Shown: positions 46,258 to 56,318, numbered from the stretch's first letter. The stretch is DNA of 64,000 nucleotides from Candidatus Latescibacterota bacterium (GCA_965203355.1 OZ241889.1:384001-448000); one strand, 5' to 3'. Notes: a model not told the origin generated them from the letters alone. Numbers and translations are program-made.

Positions 46258-47027
46258 TGCACCTCGTCTTCAGCCCAACTCTCTGCCCAGCCCTGCTCTT
46301 GCCCGCAGTACTCGACCTCGCCAAAGCGGCCGGCTTTTCCCGCCTCGAGCTCTTCCGCGCTTACACCGAGAGCACTCCCGTCCACCGCGACTGGTCCGTG
46401 CCCATGGTCCGCACCGCCATTGCGGACGCCGGTCTCGCGCTTTCCAGCTTCAACATCCGCAATCTCACCGGGCGCAAAGCCGATTCCGACGAGCGCAATC
46501 TCGCCTACAACCTGCGCCAGCTCGAATGGGACATCCACTTAGGCCGCGCCCTCGGCGTCAAAGCCCTAAACGCGAAGGGCGGTGCTCGCACGGACGCGGC
46601 ACTCGCCGACCTCATCGAAGGCGTCAACACGCTCCTCGACAACATTCCCGACATCGCCCTCAACTTGGGCAACCACCAAGGCAATCGCCTGCAAGGACTC
46701 GCCGACTACCAAGCGGTGATGCCCGAGCTGTCCGAGCGGGCGCGCGTACTCTTAGATACCGGGCACCTGCTCTCGGTCGGCGAACCAATCATGCCCTTTG
46801 CCGAAGCATTCGCTGGGCGCATCGGTCTCGTCCACCTGCGCGACCAGCGGGGCGCAAAGCCCGTGCCCTTCGGCGAAGGCGAGTTGCCCTTTGCCGAGTT
46901 GTTCGGACTGTTAGCGGATAGCGGTTACGACGGCCCGCTCGTCGTCGAGCTTGAAGAGGTCGATTGGGACGAGCCGCTTTCGGCGGCTATTGCCGCACGA
47001 GAATACGTCGAGGCCCTGCTCGCCTGA
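46257..47027 (+). CDS. Sugar phosphate isomerase/epimerase (xylose-isomerase-like TIM barrel)
   Basis: Motifs LLDTGH, VHLRD, PFGEGEL and GYDGPLVVELE. Confidence 0.82.
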   Translation: MHLVFSPTLCPALLLPAVLDLAKAAGFSRLELFRAYTESTPVHRDWSVPMVRTAIADAGLALSSFNIRNLTGRKADSDERNLAYNLRQLEWDIHLGRALGVKALNAKGGARTDAALADLIEGVNTLLDNIPDIALNLGNHQGNRLQGLADYQAVMPELSERARVLLDTGHLLSVGEPIMPFAEAFAGRIGLVHLRDQRGAKPVPFGEGELPFAELFGLLADSGYDGPLVVELEEVDWDEPLSAAIAAREYVEALLA

Positions 47028-47121
47028 GTTTGGGCGCGACGCCCCCTAGAAGCGGTCGAGTTTTGAGCATTTCACCTGCGATATCCAGCAGGAATTTCCT
47101 ATTTTCTAGGCTAAGGAGGAA

Positions 47122-47367
47122 TTGACTATGCCCATGATAAGGAAACGCATTTGCTTGGATGAGCCGTTTGACCTAGAACCAAATGCGAAACTGATTGTCA
47201 CGATTCTACCAGGACGAGAATCTGACAGCGAGTATGCAGCTTGGTTGCATTTATCCGCTCAAAGACTAAGAGACGCCTACGGAGAGAACGAACCTGAGTA
47301 TTCAGCGGAGTTGCTCAAAGAGGTGAATCCCGGCTATGAAAAATGCCTCAGGCCGATGGACAAATAA
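47122..47367 (+). CDS. Small antitoxin-like protein upstream of a PemK-type toxin
   Basis: ICLDEPFDLEPNAKLIVTIL..WLHLSAQRLRDAYGENEPEY, a pattern typical of PemK-associated antitoxins. RBS ggagg; AT-richer DNA. Confidence 0.6.
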   Translation: MTMPMIRKRICLDEPFDLEPNAKLIVTILPGRESDSEYAAWLHLSAQRLRDAYGENEPEYSAELLKEVNPGYEKCLRPMDK

Positions 47368-47654
47368 AGAACAGACCTGCCATTTTCCTACGGGAAATGC
47401 CGCCCTATCGCGATTTGCTCGTTTGCGGTGTAAGCACACAGTTACATCAGCACGTCGAGGACTTTGACGAAACCATTTCTTTTATCGACGAAGATTTCAA
47501 GTCGAGTGGTCTGCGATCAATATCTCTGATTCGACTTGGCTTTCTCGCGGTGTTACCGCGTCATAGTGTGCTTGGCACTGTGGGTTCCATTTCAGCCGAA
47601 CGGCACAAACGTCTATTGAGAAAGCTGAGTGATTACCTCACTTACGCTCCCTGA
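47343..47654 (+). CDS. PemK/MazF family toxin, apparently N-terminally shortened
   Basis: Motifs PQADGQIKNRPAI, LVCGVST, SGL..SLIRL and GSIS. Confidence 0.75.
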   Translation: MPQADGQIKNRPAIFLREMPPYRDLLVCGVSTQLHQHVEDFDETISFIDEDFKSSGLRSISLIRLGFLAVLPRHSVLGTVGSISAERHKRLLRKLSDYLTYAP

Positions 47655-47808
47655 TCTTTTGCGGCCTCAAACGCCGTATTCGCTCTCTAGTTTCGATGTA
47701 CTTTTTCAGGTTGATCATCAAATCCGCCCGGACTTTTAGGCTCGCCGCTTCTTCCGGCCCAAAACCAAGATCCTCAAATACGTTATCGCTGCCTCGGATC
47801 ACTTCCAT
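47638..47808 (-). pseudogene. Truncated XRE/HigA-type antitoxin (56 aa; not in the ORF track)
   Basis: MEVIRGSDNVFEDLGFGPEEAASLKVRADLMINLKKYIE matches the xNVFxDLG...AxxLKxRxxLM N-terminus of HTH_37/HigA2 antitoxins. Similarity stops before the HTH. RBS aaggag. Confidence 0.7.
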
Positions 47809-47861
47809 AGTGTAGTCTCCTTATTCTCCTTGCCGATGTTTTAGCAGCATGCGGAATCTGG

Positions 47862-50800
47862 CTACCGCAGCAGGATGAGCTTGCGCGTCAAGACCGTCTC
47901 GTCCGTCACCAGCCGATACAGATAAACGCCGCTAGCTACCGGGCGACCCGCCGCGTCCCGCCCCTCCCAATGGAGCCGGTGATAGCCCGCCTGCTGCGGC
48001 CCGTGCGACAAGACCGCCACCCGTTGCCCGGTCAAGGCGAATACTTCTAGACGGATCAAACCCGGCTCCGGCAAGAAATAGGAAAGAATCGTCTGGCTGT
48101 TGAATGGATTGGGCGCGTTCTGCGCCAACTGCGGGCTGTCGGGCAGGGCCGCCCGCTTGCCGCTGCCAAAAAGGTCGAACAAAGTGGCTAAGGGATCCTC
48201 TTGCCCGGTGGCGGTAAAGGTCACCGGCTCCAACCCTGCGACGGTAGCTTCCACCGTGTTCGTCCCCGGCTCGCTGCCCAGCGTCAGTGTGCTTCGGGCT
48301 CGACCGTTGGCATTGGTAGTGGCCGTGGCGGAAGACAGCCTCCCCCCGCCAGCAGTGACCGTAAACGACACGTCCACCCCAGCTATCACTGCACCATCCT
48401 CATCCGACACTAAAACCATAAAAGGCGTGGCCAGTTGGGTGCTCGCCGTGCCTTCTTGACCATCGCCACAGACCTTTGTCAGTCTATGAGGCATGGCTTG
48501 CTCGGCGGCCGTAGCGGTAAAGGTCACCGGCTCCAACTCCGAGACGGTGACTTCCACCGTATTCGTACCCGGCTCGCTACCCAGCGTCAGCCGGGCCGTA
48601 GCGCGGCCGTTGGTATCGGTAGTGGCGGTGATGGACGACGTAGAAACTGTGAAAATACAAGGGTTGGCATCAGTGGTGGAAGACAGCATTCCTCCACCAG
48701 CGGCAATCGAGAAAGTTGCGTCTATGTCCGGTAAGGGGGACCCATCTTGATCCAACACCGAAACCACAAACGGCGCAGCCAGTTGGGTGCTCGCTGGGCC
48801 TGCTTGACTATCGCCGGAGACCTTCGTCAAGGTATGGGCCGTTTGCTCGGTGGCCGTAGCGGTAAAAGTCACTGTCCTCAGTCCTGCGACGGTGGCTTCC
48901 ACCGTGTTCGTACCCGGCTCGTTGCCCAGCGTCAGTGTGCTGCTGGCTCGACCGCTGGCATCGGTGGTAACGGTGGTGGAAGACAGCAGCCCTCCGCCAG
49001 CGGCAATCGAAAAAGTTACGACCGCCCCGGCAAAAGCTGCGCCGTTTTGATCTAACACGGAAACGACGAATGGGTTGGACAACGCAGCACCGACGCGGCC
49101 TGCTTGACCATCGCCGGAGACTTTCGTCAAGGTATGGGGCATAGACTGCTCGACGGGGGTGGTCTTCGGCTCGGCAGGCCCCGTCCACTCAGACAGATCC
49201 CATAACTGTGCCACTCCTCTACTTCTCATGTATGTACCATATCCTCGTACCGCCAAAACCTCATTTTCGGAAGAAAATTTCAACCCATAAATTTCTTTTA
49301 CCGTAGAAGAAACAGGAAAACTGTTGACAAGTTTCATGGTATTAACATTCCATAACTTAACCGTTCCGCCTCCGGCGATCTTATCGCGTGAAATACGTCT
49401 CCGGATGATCCACCTTTCCGATGCTGATGCTAGGAACTTGCCATCAGGAGAAAATATAAGAGGATCACTGCCTGGAAGGCTAATAACATTCTTTCCTGTG
49501 GCCACATCCCACAACTTGACCTCCGAGGTTTGTAGAGTGGGATCGAGGAAATTTGACCAATACCTAGGTAACCCTCCCGCCGACGCCAATAGCTTGCCGT
49601 CGGGAGAAAAAGACAAATGAGAGGACCCCCCCCAATAACGACTTACTAATTTATGTGGTTCTAAGATCGTGGCAATATTCTTCTGCGAGGCTGTATCCCA
49701 CACCTTAATCACGCTTTTGTGGTAGCTTACGTTTATCAATGATGCCAACAGTTTGCCGTCAGGAGAAAAAACTAGAGATACTACACGGCCGTAATCCGGA
49801 CCCGTGAAAACGGTAGAGACATGGTCGCCTGTTGTTGTATTCCATATATGTACGTCAGAATCGTACCAGCCACCGGACGCTAGCAGCTTGCCATCAGGAG
49901 AAAGGGCTAAAGCAGAGACATAAGGAGGGCGATTACGCGTGTTCTTATGTGAAGTCCTAATGGACACAATGGACACAAGGTAACTCCCGTCTCTTATGTC
50001 CCACACTTCAATAGAACCGTCAGAGGACTCTAAAGCCACACTTTTTGTATCGGCAGAAAAGGCCACCATATCTCCAACAGGCTCCGAGATGGGTAAGCTA
50101 TTTATAAAGCGGCCTGTTAATAAGTTCCACAACTCGGTCCCACCTAAAAAGCCGATCCAGTTCTCCCTCGATAGAAAAGCCATACCATCAATAGGAGCAC
50201 CATCAGGAGTTTCAAAATCGACAATCGGTCCTTTGTACTTGTTGTTGATCAGTTCAAAGTCCTCATATAAAGTATTTAAGCCAGTGAAATCGCCTAAAAC
50301 ATCAAGGGTTACTATTCGCAGTATTTGCGACCTGGAAGATGTAAAGTCTGACTCTGGTATAGACGGAATAACTCCATCATGATCAAATTCAACGACAGTG
50401 GTTGTTTGGCCATCTAGCCCTTGACATGATATGACCTCCTGCCCATATACACCTTCGGTAAGCAGTATCGCATGATGTAAGCCATCTGGATCACGGAGTC
50501 TGGCTCTGACAGAAATACTTGTTGCACCTTCTGTGTTGATAGGCGACGAAGTCAACGGTGTGACTCCTTCTGCTGAGGATCTACTTGTACCATACCTATA
50601 CCCATATTGAATAGGGTTTTGGCGATTAAAATAGGGATTGACAATCAAAGATTGGGCACTGCAAAAAGACAACAATTGAGTGGTATCAAACTCCGTATCT
50701 GGCATGTATCCATACGACATCACGTAGTCATCGTCACGAAAATCATGTGCTAGGCCGAAGAGATGCCCTAACTCGTGGGCATATGTTTTGATTGACGATG

Positions 50801-51416
50801 AATAAGAAACGAAAGCCAAACCTGAATATGAATAGGCTACGCCTCCACCTCTATCATCACCGTAATCAAGGATGACTAAATAATTACTCATATCGATATC
50901 AAAGACTGAGGCTATCTCCTCTAACGAGCTAAGATAAGTTTTATAATGGCTAGCTGGATGTTTTCCATCCACGCGATGCACCAGCGGTTCGCCCGCAGTA
51001 TCTTTTTCAAAGAGGAAACTTTGAGGCCCATATCCATGCGCGGACATCTGATTGGCAAAAAAGTTCTGCACTCGGCGCATCCTCATTTTCAGCGTATCGA
51101 CCGCTGCGGGGCGATACGGCCGGTCATTCGGTAGGAAATAGATCATCCGCACCGTGCGCGGTTCGCCCCTGTTGAGAGCTTGACTCGCCTTACCAGCCGG
51201 GCGGGGATGATCGCGCCGCCACTGCTCGTAATCAAACGGCAAACAGAAATGCACACTATCAGCTATCGAGGACGACGCATGGGCCACCGCCAGCGACGAG
51301 AGCAAGAGGCCGATTAACGCGAAAATAATGGGAATCATTGGTACAAAGCGCAGGCGTCGGCTGCGAAGCGTTCCGCAAACAAGACGACACTCAAAGATAC
51401 GATACGTTCGGTGCAT
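47862..51416 (-). CDS. Secreted multidomain protein: zinc metallopeptidase, WD40 repeats, three Ig-like (Big_1-type) repeats and FlgD-Ig tail
   Basis: Hydrophobic signal segment. HELGHLFGLAH with Met-turn YVMSY; FSPDGKLLAS...LWD repeats; three HxLTKVxGDxQ units; NAPNPFN...ASGVYLYRL...RKLILLR. Confidence 0.85.
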   Translation of the reverse strand: MHRTYRIFECRLVCGTLRSRRLRFVPMIPIIFALIGLLLSSLAVAHASSSIADSVHFCLPFDYEQWRRDHPRPAGKASQALNRGEPRTVRMIYFLPNDRPYRPAAVDTLKMRMRRVQNFFANQMSAHGYGPQSFLFEKDTAGEPLVHRVDGKHPASHYKTYLSSLEEIASVFDIDMSNYLVILDYGDDRGGGVAYSYSGLAFVSYSSSIKTYAHELGHLFGLAHDFRDDDYVMSYGYMPDTEFDTTQLLSFCSAQSLIVNPYFNRQNPIQYGYRYGTSRSSAEGVTPLTSSPINTEGATSISVRARLRDPDGLHHAILLTEGVYGQEVISCQGLDGQTTTVVEFDHDGVIPSIPESDFTSSRSQILRIVTLDVLGDFTGLNTLYEDFELINNKYKGPIVDFETPDGAPIDGMAFLSRENWIGFLGGTELWNLLTGRFINSLPISEPVGDMVAFSADTKSVALESSDGSIEVWDIRDGSYLVSIVSIRTSHKNTRNRPPYVSALALSPDGKLLASGGWYDSDVHIWNTTTGDHVSTVFTGPDYGRVVSLVFSPDGKLLASLINVSYHKSVIKVWDTASQKNIATILEPHKLVSRYWGGSSHLSFSPDGKLLASAGGLPRYWSNFLDPTLQTSEVKLWDVATGKNVISLPGSDPLIFSPDGKFLASASERWIIRRRISRDKIAGGGTVKLWNVNTMKLVNSFPVSSTVKEIYGLKFSSENEVLAVRGYGTYMRSRGVAQLWDLSEWTGPAEPKTTPVEQSMPHTLTKVSGDGQAGRVGAALSNPFVVSVLDQNGAAFAGAVVTFSIAAGGGLLSSTTVTTDASGRASSTLTLGNEPGTNTVEATVAGLRTVTFTATATEQTAHTLTKVSGDSQAGPASTQLAAPFVVSVLDQDGSPLPDIDATFSIAAGGGMLSSTTDANPCIFTVSTSSITATTDTNGRATARLTLGSEPGTNTVEVTVSELEPVTFTATAAEQAMPHRLTKVCGDGQEGTASTQLATPFMVLVSDEDGAVIAGVDVSFTVTAGGGRLSSATATTNANGRARSTLTLGSEPGTNTVEATVAGLEPVTFTATGQEDPLATLFDLFGSGKRAALPDSPQLAQNAPNPFNSQTILSYFLPEPGLIRLEVFALTGQRVAVLSHGPQQAGYHRLHWEGRDAAGRPVASGVYLYRLVTDETVLTRKLILLR

Positions 51417-51640
51417 TTCCACATCTCCTTATGTGAGGTTGGCGTTGTTGGATTCCGAGGAAGCCGATTTGAGATTTCAAAACGTACCACGACCGAAAAT
51501 TGGCCTTCGAGAACTTGCTCCCACCGCTGAGAAAGACGAATCCTTGCCGACGCGGCCGGGCAGAGCAATTCCGCTTCCCGCTTCTGCTTAGGAAGGGGAA
51601 CTATTAAGAATAGAATGCTAGAGCTTAATGCCCAAGAAAT

Positions 51641-51654
51641 GGGGGGGGGGGGGG
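51641..51654. repeat. G14 homopolymer in the divergent intergenic region
   Basis: Fourteen consecutive G within an AT-rich intergenic stretch. Confidence 0.9.
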
Positions 51655-51976
51655 TAAATCATTGTTTTTTAACGATTTACAATAATAAAGACTCGGCGTT
51701 ATCTCAAGCGTAGAACAAGGCACCGCCACCGCATCAAGCACCGCTCCCGGCGACAGTATTTTTTTAATTATCGAAGCTGATCCCATGTCCTGTTAATCCG
51801 ACTAAGAGTGCCGCAAGCCGCGGGGGTTGTATCCTCGCCGCTGTGAGCTATACTTTACGAACTTCAAGACGATATGTCAAACTCTGGCCCAACAGAACCA
51901 ACCAACCTCCTGCCGTTTGCCCCACCCCATATCACGCCCTACATTCCCCGCCTAGTCCCCCACTCAGGAGCCTACC

Positions 51977-53863
51977 ATGAAACGCATCACCATCGCCGAC
52001 TTCCGCGACCATCGCCGCGACCGCTTCATCGACGCCCAAACCACCCGCGCCGCCCGCCTCGCCCCCACCTATATGATCACCAATGAAATGGGCGTTGACG
52101 GCGACATCTGCGAGGAACTCACGCCCGCTCTCTGTGCAAAAGTCGAATTCGACATCCCTTCGGCCAAAACCAAAGGAGCCGAACTGCTCTTTTACGTCAA
52201 CGCCGACCAATCCACCGCCGACAAGCCCATGCGGATCCAAGTCAATGGCCATGTCCTCACCCATCGCCAAAACCGCGAGCGCATGCTCACCGGCGGTTGG
52301 GACCGCAAAAAAATCGCCGCCAAATACCTCAAAGACGGCACCAACGAATTCGCGTTCTCGCACAGCGGCGTGTTGCACATCGATCCCTTCCCCGGCGGTC
52401 TGGCCGACGCGCCCGCAAGCCGTTCGAGCCGCAGCTTTGACGGCGGCAAGACTTGGCATCAAGGCACCTTGGGCGAAGCCCGCGCTATTGAAGGCGAATA
52501 TCTCGTGCGGCTGCGCGTCAAGGGACATCCGCCCCAAGGGACGCTCTGCTCGTCGGTCGTCGATCTCGCCGACGGAGACGGCCGCGGTCGCATCGCGCCG
52601 CGAATGGGCATTCGCCGCCTGCACCTGAAAGCGCGGACGCGCCAGCCGTCGGGCACCCAAATACACTTTGAACTACGCAGCGGCTCGACGCCTTCCTTTG
52701 ACCCGCGCACCTGGACCGCTTGGGAGCGAGGCACCGCCTTGCAGTGGCCCGGGCGCTTTGTGCAGTGGCGCGCCATCCTCGAAACCGACGCGGCCAACAA
52801 AACCCCGACGCTCCAAGCCGTCACCCTCGAAGCCGACCTAGAGGAGGACGCCCAAAGCCTCGCCCCCTTCAAGCGGGCCGAGTTCGACCAGCCCGAGCTC
52901 GTGTACAGCTCGTACCCCTTTGCCTATCTGGGGCTGCATCCGCACCAAGAGCGGCTGCGCAAACAGTACCGCCTCGACGAAGTGATCGCCGCGGGCAAAA
53001 CCGAACTCGAACAGCTAGCCCTGTTGCGCGACTGGGTCCACAGCCAATGGCTGGGCTGGCAATCCGACAAATATCCCCATTGCCCTTCCTGGAATCCCCT
53101 AGAAATCCTCGACACCACTAAAGGAGACTGGGGCTTCGGCATGTGTACCCACTACGGAGCGGTGTTCGCCGGCTGCGCCTCTTCGCTCGGGTGGGTGGCC
53201 CGCTCGGTCATCGTCGATCACCACTGCTTGGCCGAGGTCTGGTGCGAGGAGTTGCAAAAGTGGATCCTCGAAGACGCTGGGCCGACCCGCGAATTTGACG
53301 CTACCTACGAAATCGACGGCGTACCCATCAACGCTTTGGAACTACACGAGGCCGCGGCCGACGAGCGGCGCAAAAAAATCACGGCCAACAAGCTGCCGCA
53401 AAAGGTCGTCGAGCCCATGTCCAGCTACATCGACGTCTTTTGCCGCTTCGGCATTCCGCTGCGCAACACGCATCTGATCTACGCCGAGCCAGCCGAGCTG
53501 CGCCACGGCGCCGGGCAGTACCACTGGGACGGCTATCTGTGGTGGTCCGACGACGTCGACCCGCGCTACGCCGAATACTCCTTGCAGACCACGCGCATCG
53601 GAGACTTCTACTGGTCGGTCAACCAGACGCGGCTCTACCTCCAAGTGGCGGAAAAGGCGCGTACGCTGCAAGTCGATCTAGAGCACACCGCACCCAACTT
53701 CTCGCACTTCTTGGTGCGTCGGGACGGCGGCCCGTGGCGCGAGGAGCGCGAAGCCCGCTTTGAGTGGACGCTCGCCGCGGGCGAAAACCTACTCGAAGCA
53801 CGGGCGGTCAATGTCTTCGGCAAACAGGGCCGCATCGCCAAAGCATGCGTCGAGGCGTCGTGA
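51977..53863 (+). CDS. Transglutaminase-like domain protein
   Basis: Putative Cys-His-Asp triad in GMCTHY / HCLAEVW / KWILED. RBS aggag. Confidence 0.7.
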   Translation: MKRITIADFRDHRRDRFIDAQTTRAARLAPTYMITNEMGVDGDICEELTPALCAKVEFDIPSAKTKGAELLFYVNADQSTADKPMRIQVNGHVLTHRQNRERMLTGGWDRKKIAAKYLKDGTNEFAFSHSGVLHIDPFPGGLADAPASRSSRSFDGGKTWHQGTLGEARAIEGEYLVRLRVKGHPPQGTLCSSVVDLADGDGRGRIAPRMGIRRLHLKARTRQPSGTQIHFELRSGSTPSFDPRTWTAWERGTALQWPGRFVQWRAILETDAANKTPTLQAVTLEADLEEDAQSLAPFKRAEFDQPELVYSSYPFAYLGLHPHQERLRKQYRLDEVIAAGKTELEQLALLRDWVHSQWLGWQSDKYPHCPSWNPLEILDTTKGDWGFGMCTHYGAVFAGCASSLGWVARSVIVDHHCLAEVWCEELQKWILEDAGPTREFDATYEIDGVPINALELHEAAADERRKKITANKLPQKVVEPMSSYIDVFCRFGIPLRNTHLIYAEPAELRHGAGQYHWDGYLWWSDDVDPRYAEYSLQTTRIGDFYWSVNQTRLYLQVAEKARTLQVDLEHTAPNFSHFLVRRDGGPWREEREARFEWTLAAGENLLEARAVNVFGKQGRIAKACVEAS

Positions 53864-53864
53864 T

Positions 53865-55304
53865 GTGAACACCTCGCTCTCCCTCGCCACAAACGCCCTG
53901 CGCGGTTTTCTCTGGAATGGCAGCACTTCCGTTATCCAGCTCGGCGTCATGCTGGCACTCTACCAGCTCTTGCCGCTGGAAAAACTGGGCCATTTTGAGT
54001 GGGCACTCGCCCTCGTGATGCTCCTATCGCTGGTCGGAGACCTAGGGCTGGGCGCGGCTTTAGTCCAGCTACCAAACGCGAGGGAAGAGCACTTCGACAC
54101 GGCCTTCTGGGCTTGTTTGAGCTGGGGACTGCTGCTCACCGCCGCGGTCGTTGCGGCCGCCTCTTGGCTGGTTCCTTTTTTGGGGGGCGAAGACCCGCAC
54201 ACCTTTGGCCGCGTCCTGCGCACGTTGTGCCTGGCGATTCCCTGCGCCTCACTGGCGGGCTTGTTGCGGGCCAGACTGCAACGCGGCCTCGACTTCCGCG
54301 CCGTAGCCCTTTCCGAACTCGTTTCGGTGCTGACCTTCGGCCTTGCCGTGACGCTCCTGCTTTTCTGGCGACCTGAATGGGGCGTCTTGATCCCAGTCCT
54401 CGGCTCGGTCGTGCGCGAAGTAGGTCTTTTCAGCAGCCTCGCGTACTCGGCCCGCTGGCTTCCGCGCCTGCGCTTTCGCCCCCAAGCACTGCGCCAGATT
54501 CTTGGCTTTGCGCTACATCTCACGGGTTCGCGCGTAGTGGCCCTGCTCAACACTAAGATCGCTTATTTCTTCATCTTCGTACCGCTGGGGGCCACGGCCC
54601 AAGCCTATTACAGCTTGGCCGAGCGCTTGACCTTGCAGCCTCTGACCCGGCTGGCCACGACTATTCAGCGCGTCTCCTTCCCGACCTTTTCGACCATCGC
54701 GGGCGACAACGCGCTCCTGCGACGTGGCTATTTGTCCTCGGTACAGGGCTTGATGCTAGCGCTAGGTCCAGTCCTCGCGGGCCTATTCGTCTTTGCGCCA
54801 GAGATCGCCGCCTTGGTCAACACGGAGCCGATGTGGAGGGTGCTGCGTCTGTTGGCCGTTGCCACGCTTTTGAAAGTCGCCAGCACCTTAGTCGGCTCGA
54901 TTTTCATGGCCAAAGGCAAGACCAACTGGTCTTTCTATTGGTCGCTCTTTAGCATGGGAGTGCTGATCCCGGCCCTGTACTTGTATGGCCTGCCACGCGG
55001 CGTCGAAGGCGTGGCCAGCGTCATGGCCGCGGCCGCCCTGCTGTTCTTGCTGCTTGCACAGTATCTCGTCAACCGCTTGATTGACCTGCCTTTTACAGCC
55101 TATTTCGCCGCGCTCAGCCGCCCCGCTTTGGTGGTCGTCTTCGTCTTTGCCGTTCTCCTGCTGGCCCGCCCTCTGCTGCCTCGGCCCCCGCTCGCCGCCC
55201 TCGGCGCTGGTGCGACCCTCGGCGTCGGCGCGACCTTAGCCGCCCTTTTCCTCTTTGCCCGCGACCTCTGCCGCACCTATTGGCAGAGCCTGCGCGGGGC
55301 CTAA
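53865..55304 (+). CDS. Wzx-type oligosaccharide flippase (WzxC-like)
   Basis: Motifs DLGLGAALVQ, TAFW, LQRGLDFR, YYSLA and VSFPTFS, with about 12 TM segments. Confidence 0.85.
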   Translation: MNTSLSLATNALRGFLWNGSTSVIQLGVMLALYQLLPLEKLGHFEWALALVMLLSLVGDLGLGAALVQLPNAREEHFDTAFWACLSWGLLLTAAVVAAASWLVPFLGGEDPHTFGRVLRTLCLAIPCASLAGLLRARLQRGLDFRAVALSELVSVLTFGLAVTLLLFWRPEWGVLIPVLGSVVREVGLFSSLAYSARWLPRLRFRPQALRQILGFALHLTGSRVVALLNTKIAYFFIFVPLGATAQAYYSLAERLTLQPLTRLATTIQRVSFPTFSTIAGDNALLRRGYLSSVQGLMLALGPVLAGLFVFAPEIAALVNTEPMWRVLRLLAVATLLKVASTLVGSIFMAKGKTNWSFYWSLFSMGVLIPALYLYGLPRGVEGVASVMAAAALLFLLLAQYLVNRLIDLPFTAYFAALSRPALVVVFVFAVLLLARPLLPRPPLAALGAGATLGVGATLAALFLFARDLCRTYWQSLRGA

Positions 55305-55383
55305 TTTTGCCCGCGACAAAAATTGCGAGAGAGCCTGTTTTGGAATATATTTTTAGGCAACTGCTCTAAAGGAGAATCGCGCT

Positions 55384-56295
55384 ATGAGCGAGCTACACAC
55401 AAATGGACAAAACGGCCAGACTGGCACCCTGCGCCTCAAGACCGGCCTCGCCGAAATGCTCAAGGGCGGGGTCATCATGGACGTCGTCACGGCCGATCAA
55501 GCCAAGATCGCCGAAGACGCCGGGGCCGCTTCGGTCATGGCACTCGAAAGAGTGCCCGCCGACATCCGCGCGGAAGGCGGGGTGTCGCGCATGTCGAGCA
55601 TTGAGAAGTTGCGCCAGATCATGGAAGCCACCTCCATTCCGGTCATGGCCAAATGCCGCATTGGCCACTTCGCCGAAGCCCAGATGCTTCAAGCCCTCGG
55701 GATCGACTACATCGACGAAAGCGAAGTTCTAACCCCGGCCGACGAGCACTACCACGTCGATAAATTAGCTTTTGAAGTCCCTTTTGTCTGCGGCTGTCGC
55801 AACCTCGGTGAGGCCCTGCGGCGGATTGGCGAGGGCGCGGCCATGATCCGCACCAAGGGCGAGGCAGGCTCGGGCAACATCGTCGAGGCCGTGCGCCACA
55901 TGCGCTCAGTTACCGACGAGATCCGCCGGCTGACGATCCTGCGTCCCGAGCAGCTAATGACCGCGGCCAAAGACTTGGGCGCACCGTATGAACTGGTGCG
56001 CTGGGTCGCCGAGCACGGCAAGCTGCCGGTGCCCAATTTTGCCGCCGGCGGCGTCGCCACGCCAGCCGATGCCTCGCTGATGATGCAACTCGGCGCAGAG
56101 GCCATTTTCGTCGGCTCCGGGATCTTTAAGTCCGGCGATCCGGCCAATCGCGCCAAAGCCATCGTCGAAGCCACCACCCACTACGGCGATCCAGAGGTGC
56201 TGATCCGCGTCTCCGAAAACCTCGGCGAGGCCATGGTCGGCATCAACATCGACACCCTCGAAGAGAAGGACAAACTGCAAACTCGCGGCTGGTAG
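55384..56295 (+). CDS. pdxS: Pyridoxal 5'-phosphate synthase lyase subunit
   Basis: Motifs [29 protein letters not shown] and [12 protein letters not shown]. Confidence 0.97.
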   Translation: MSELHTNGQNGQTGTLRLKTGLAEMLKGGVIMDVVTADQAKIAEDAGAASVMALERVPADIRAEGGVSRMSSIEKLRQIMEATSIPVMAKCRIGHFAEAQMLQALGIDYIDESEVLTPADEHYHVDKLAFEVPFVCGCRNLGEALRRIGEGAAMIRTKGEAGSGNIVEAVRHMRSVTDEIRRLTILRPEQLMTAAKDLGAPYELVRWVAEHGKLPVPNFAAGGVATPADASLMMQLGAEAIFVGSGIFKSGDPANRAKAIVEATTHYGDPEVLIRVSENLGEAMVGINIDTLEEKDKLQTRGW

Positions 56296-56318
56296 GACGC
56301 CGCCCAGACGCCTGCGGA

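Noticed and set aside
45376-47860. tRNA-Glu as the attachment site of a genomic island
   Set aside because: No integrase next to it, no duplicated tRNA 3' end seen in the window, and the following genes have host-like composition.
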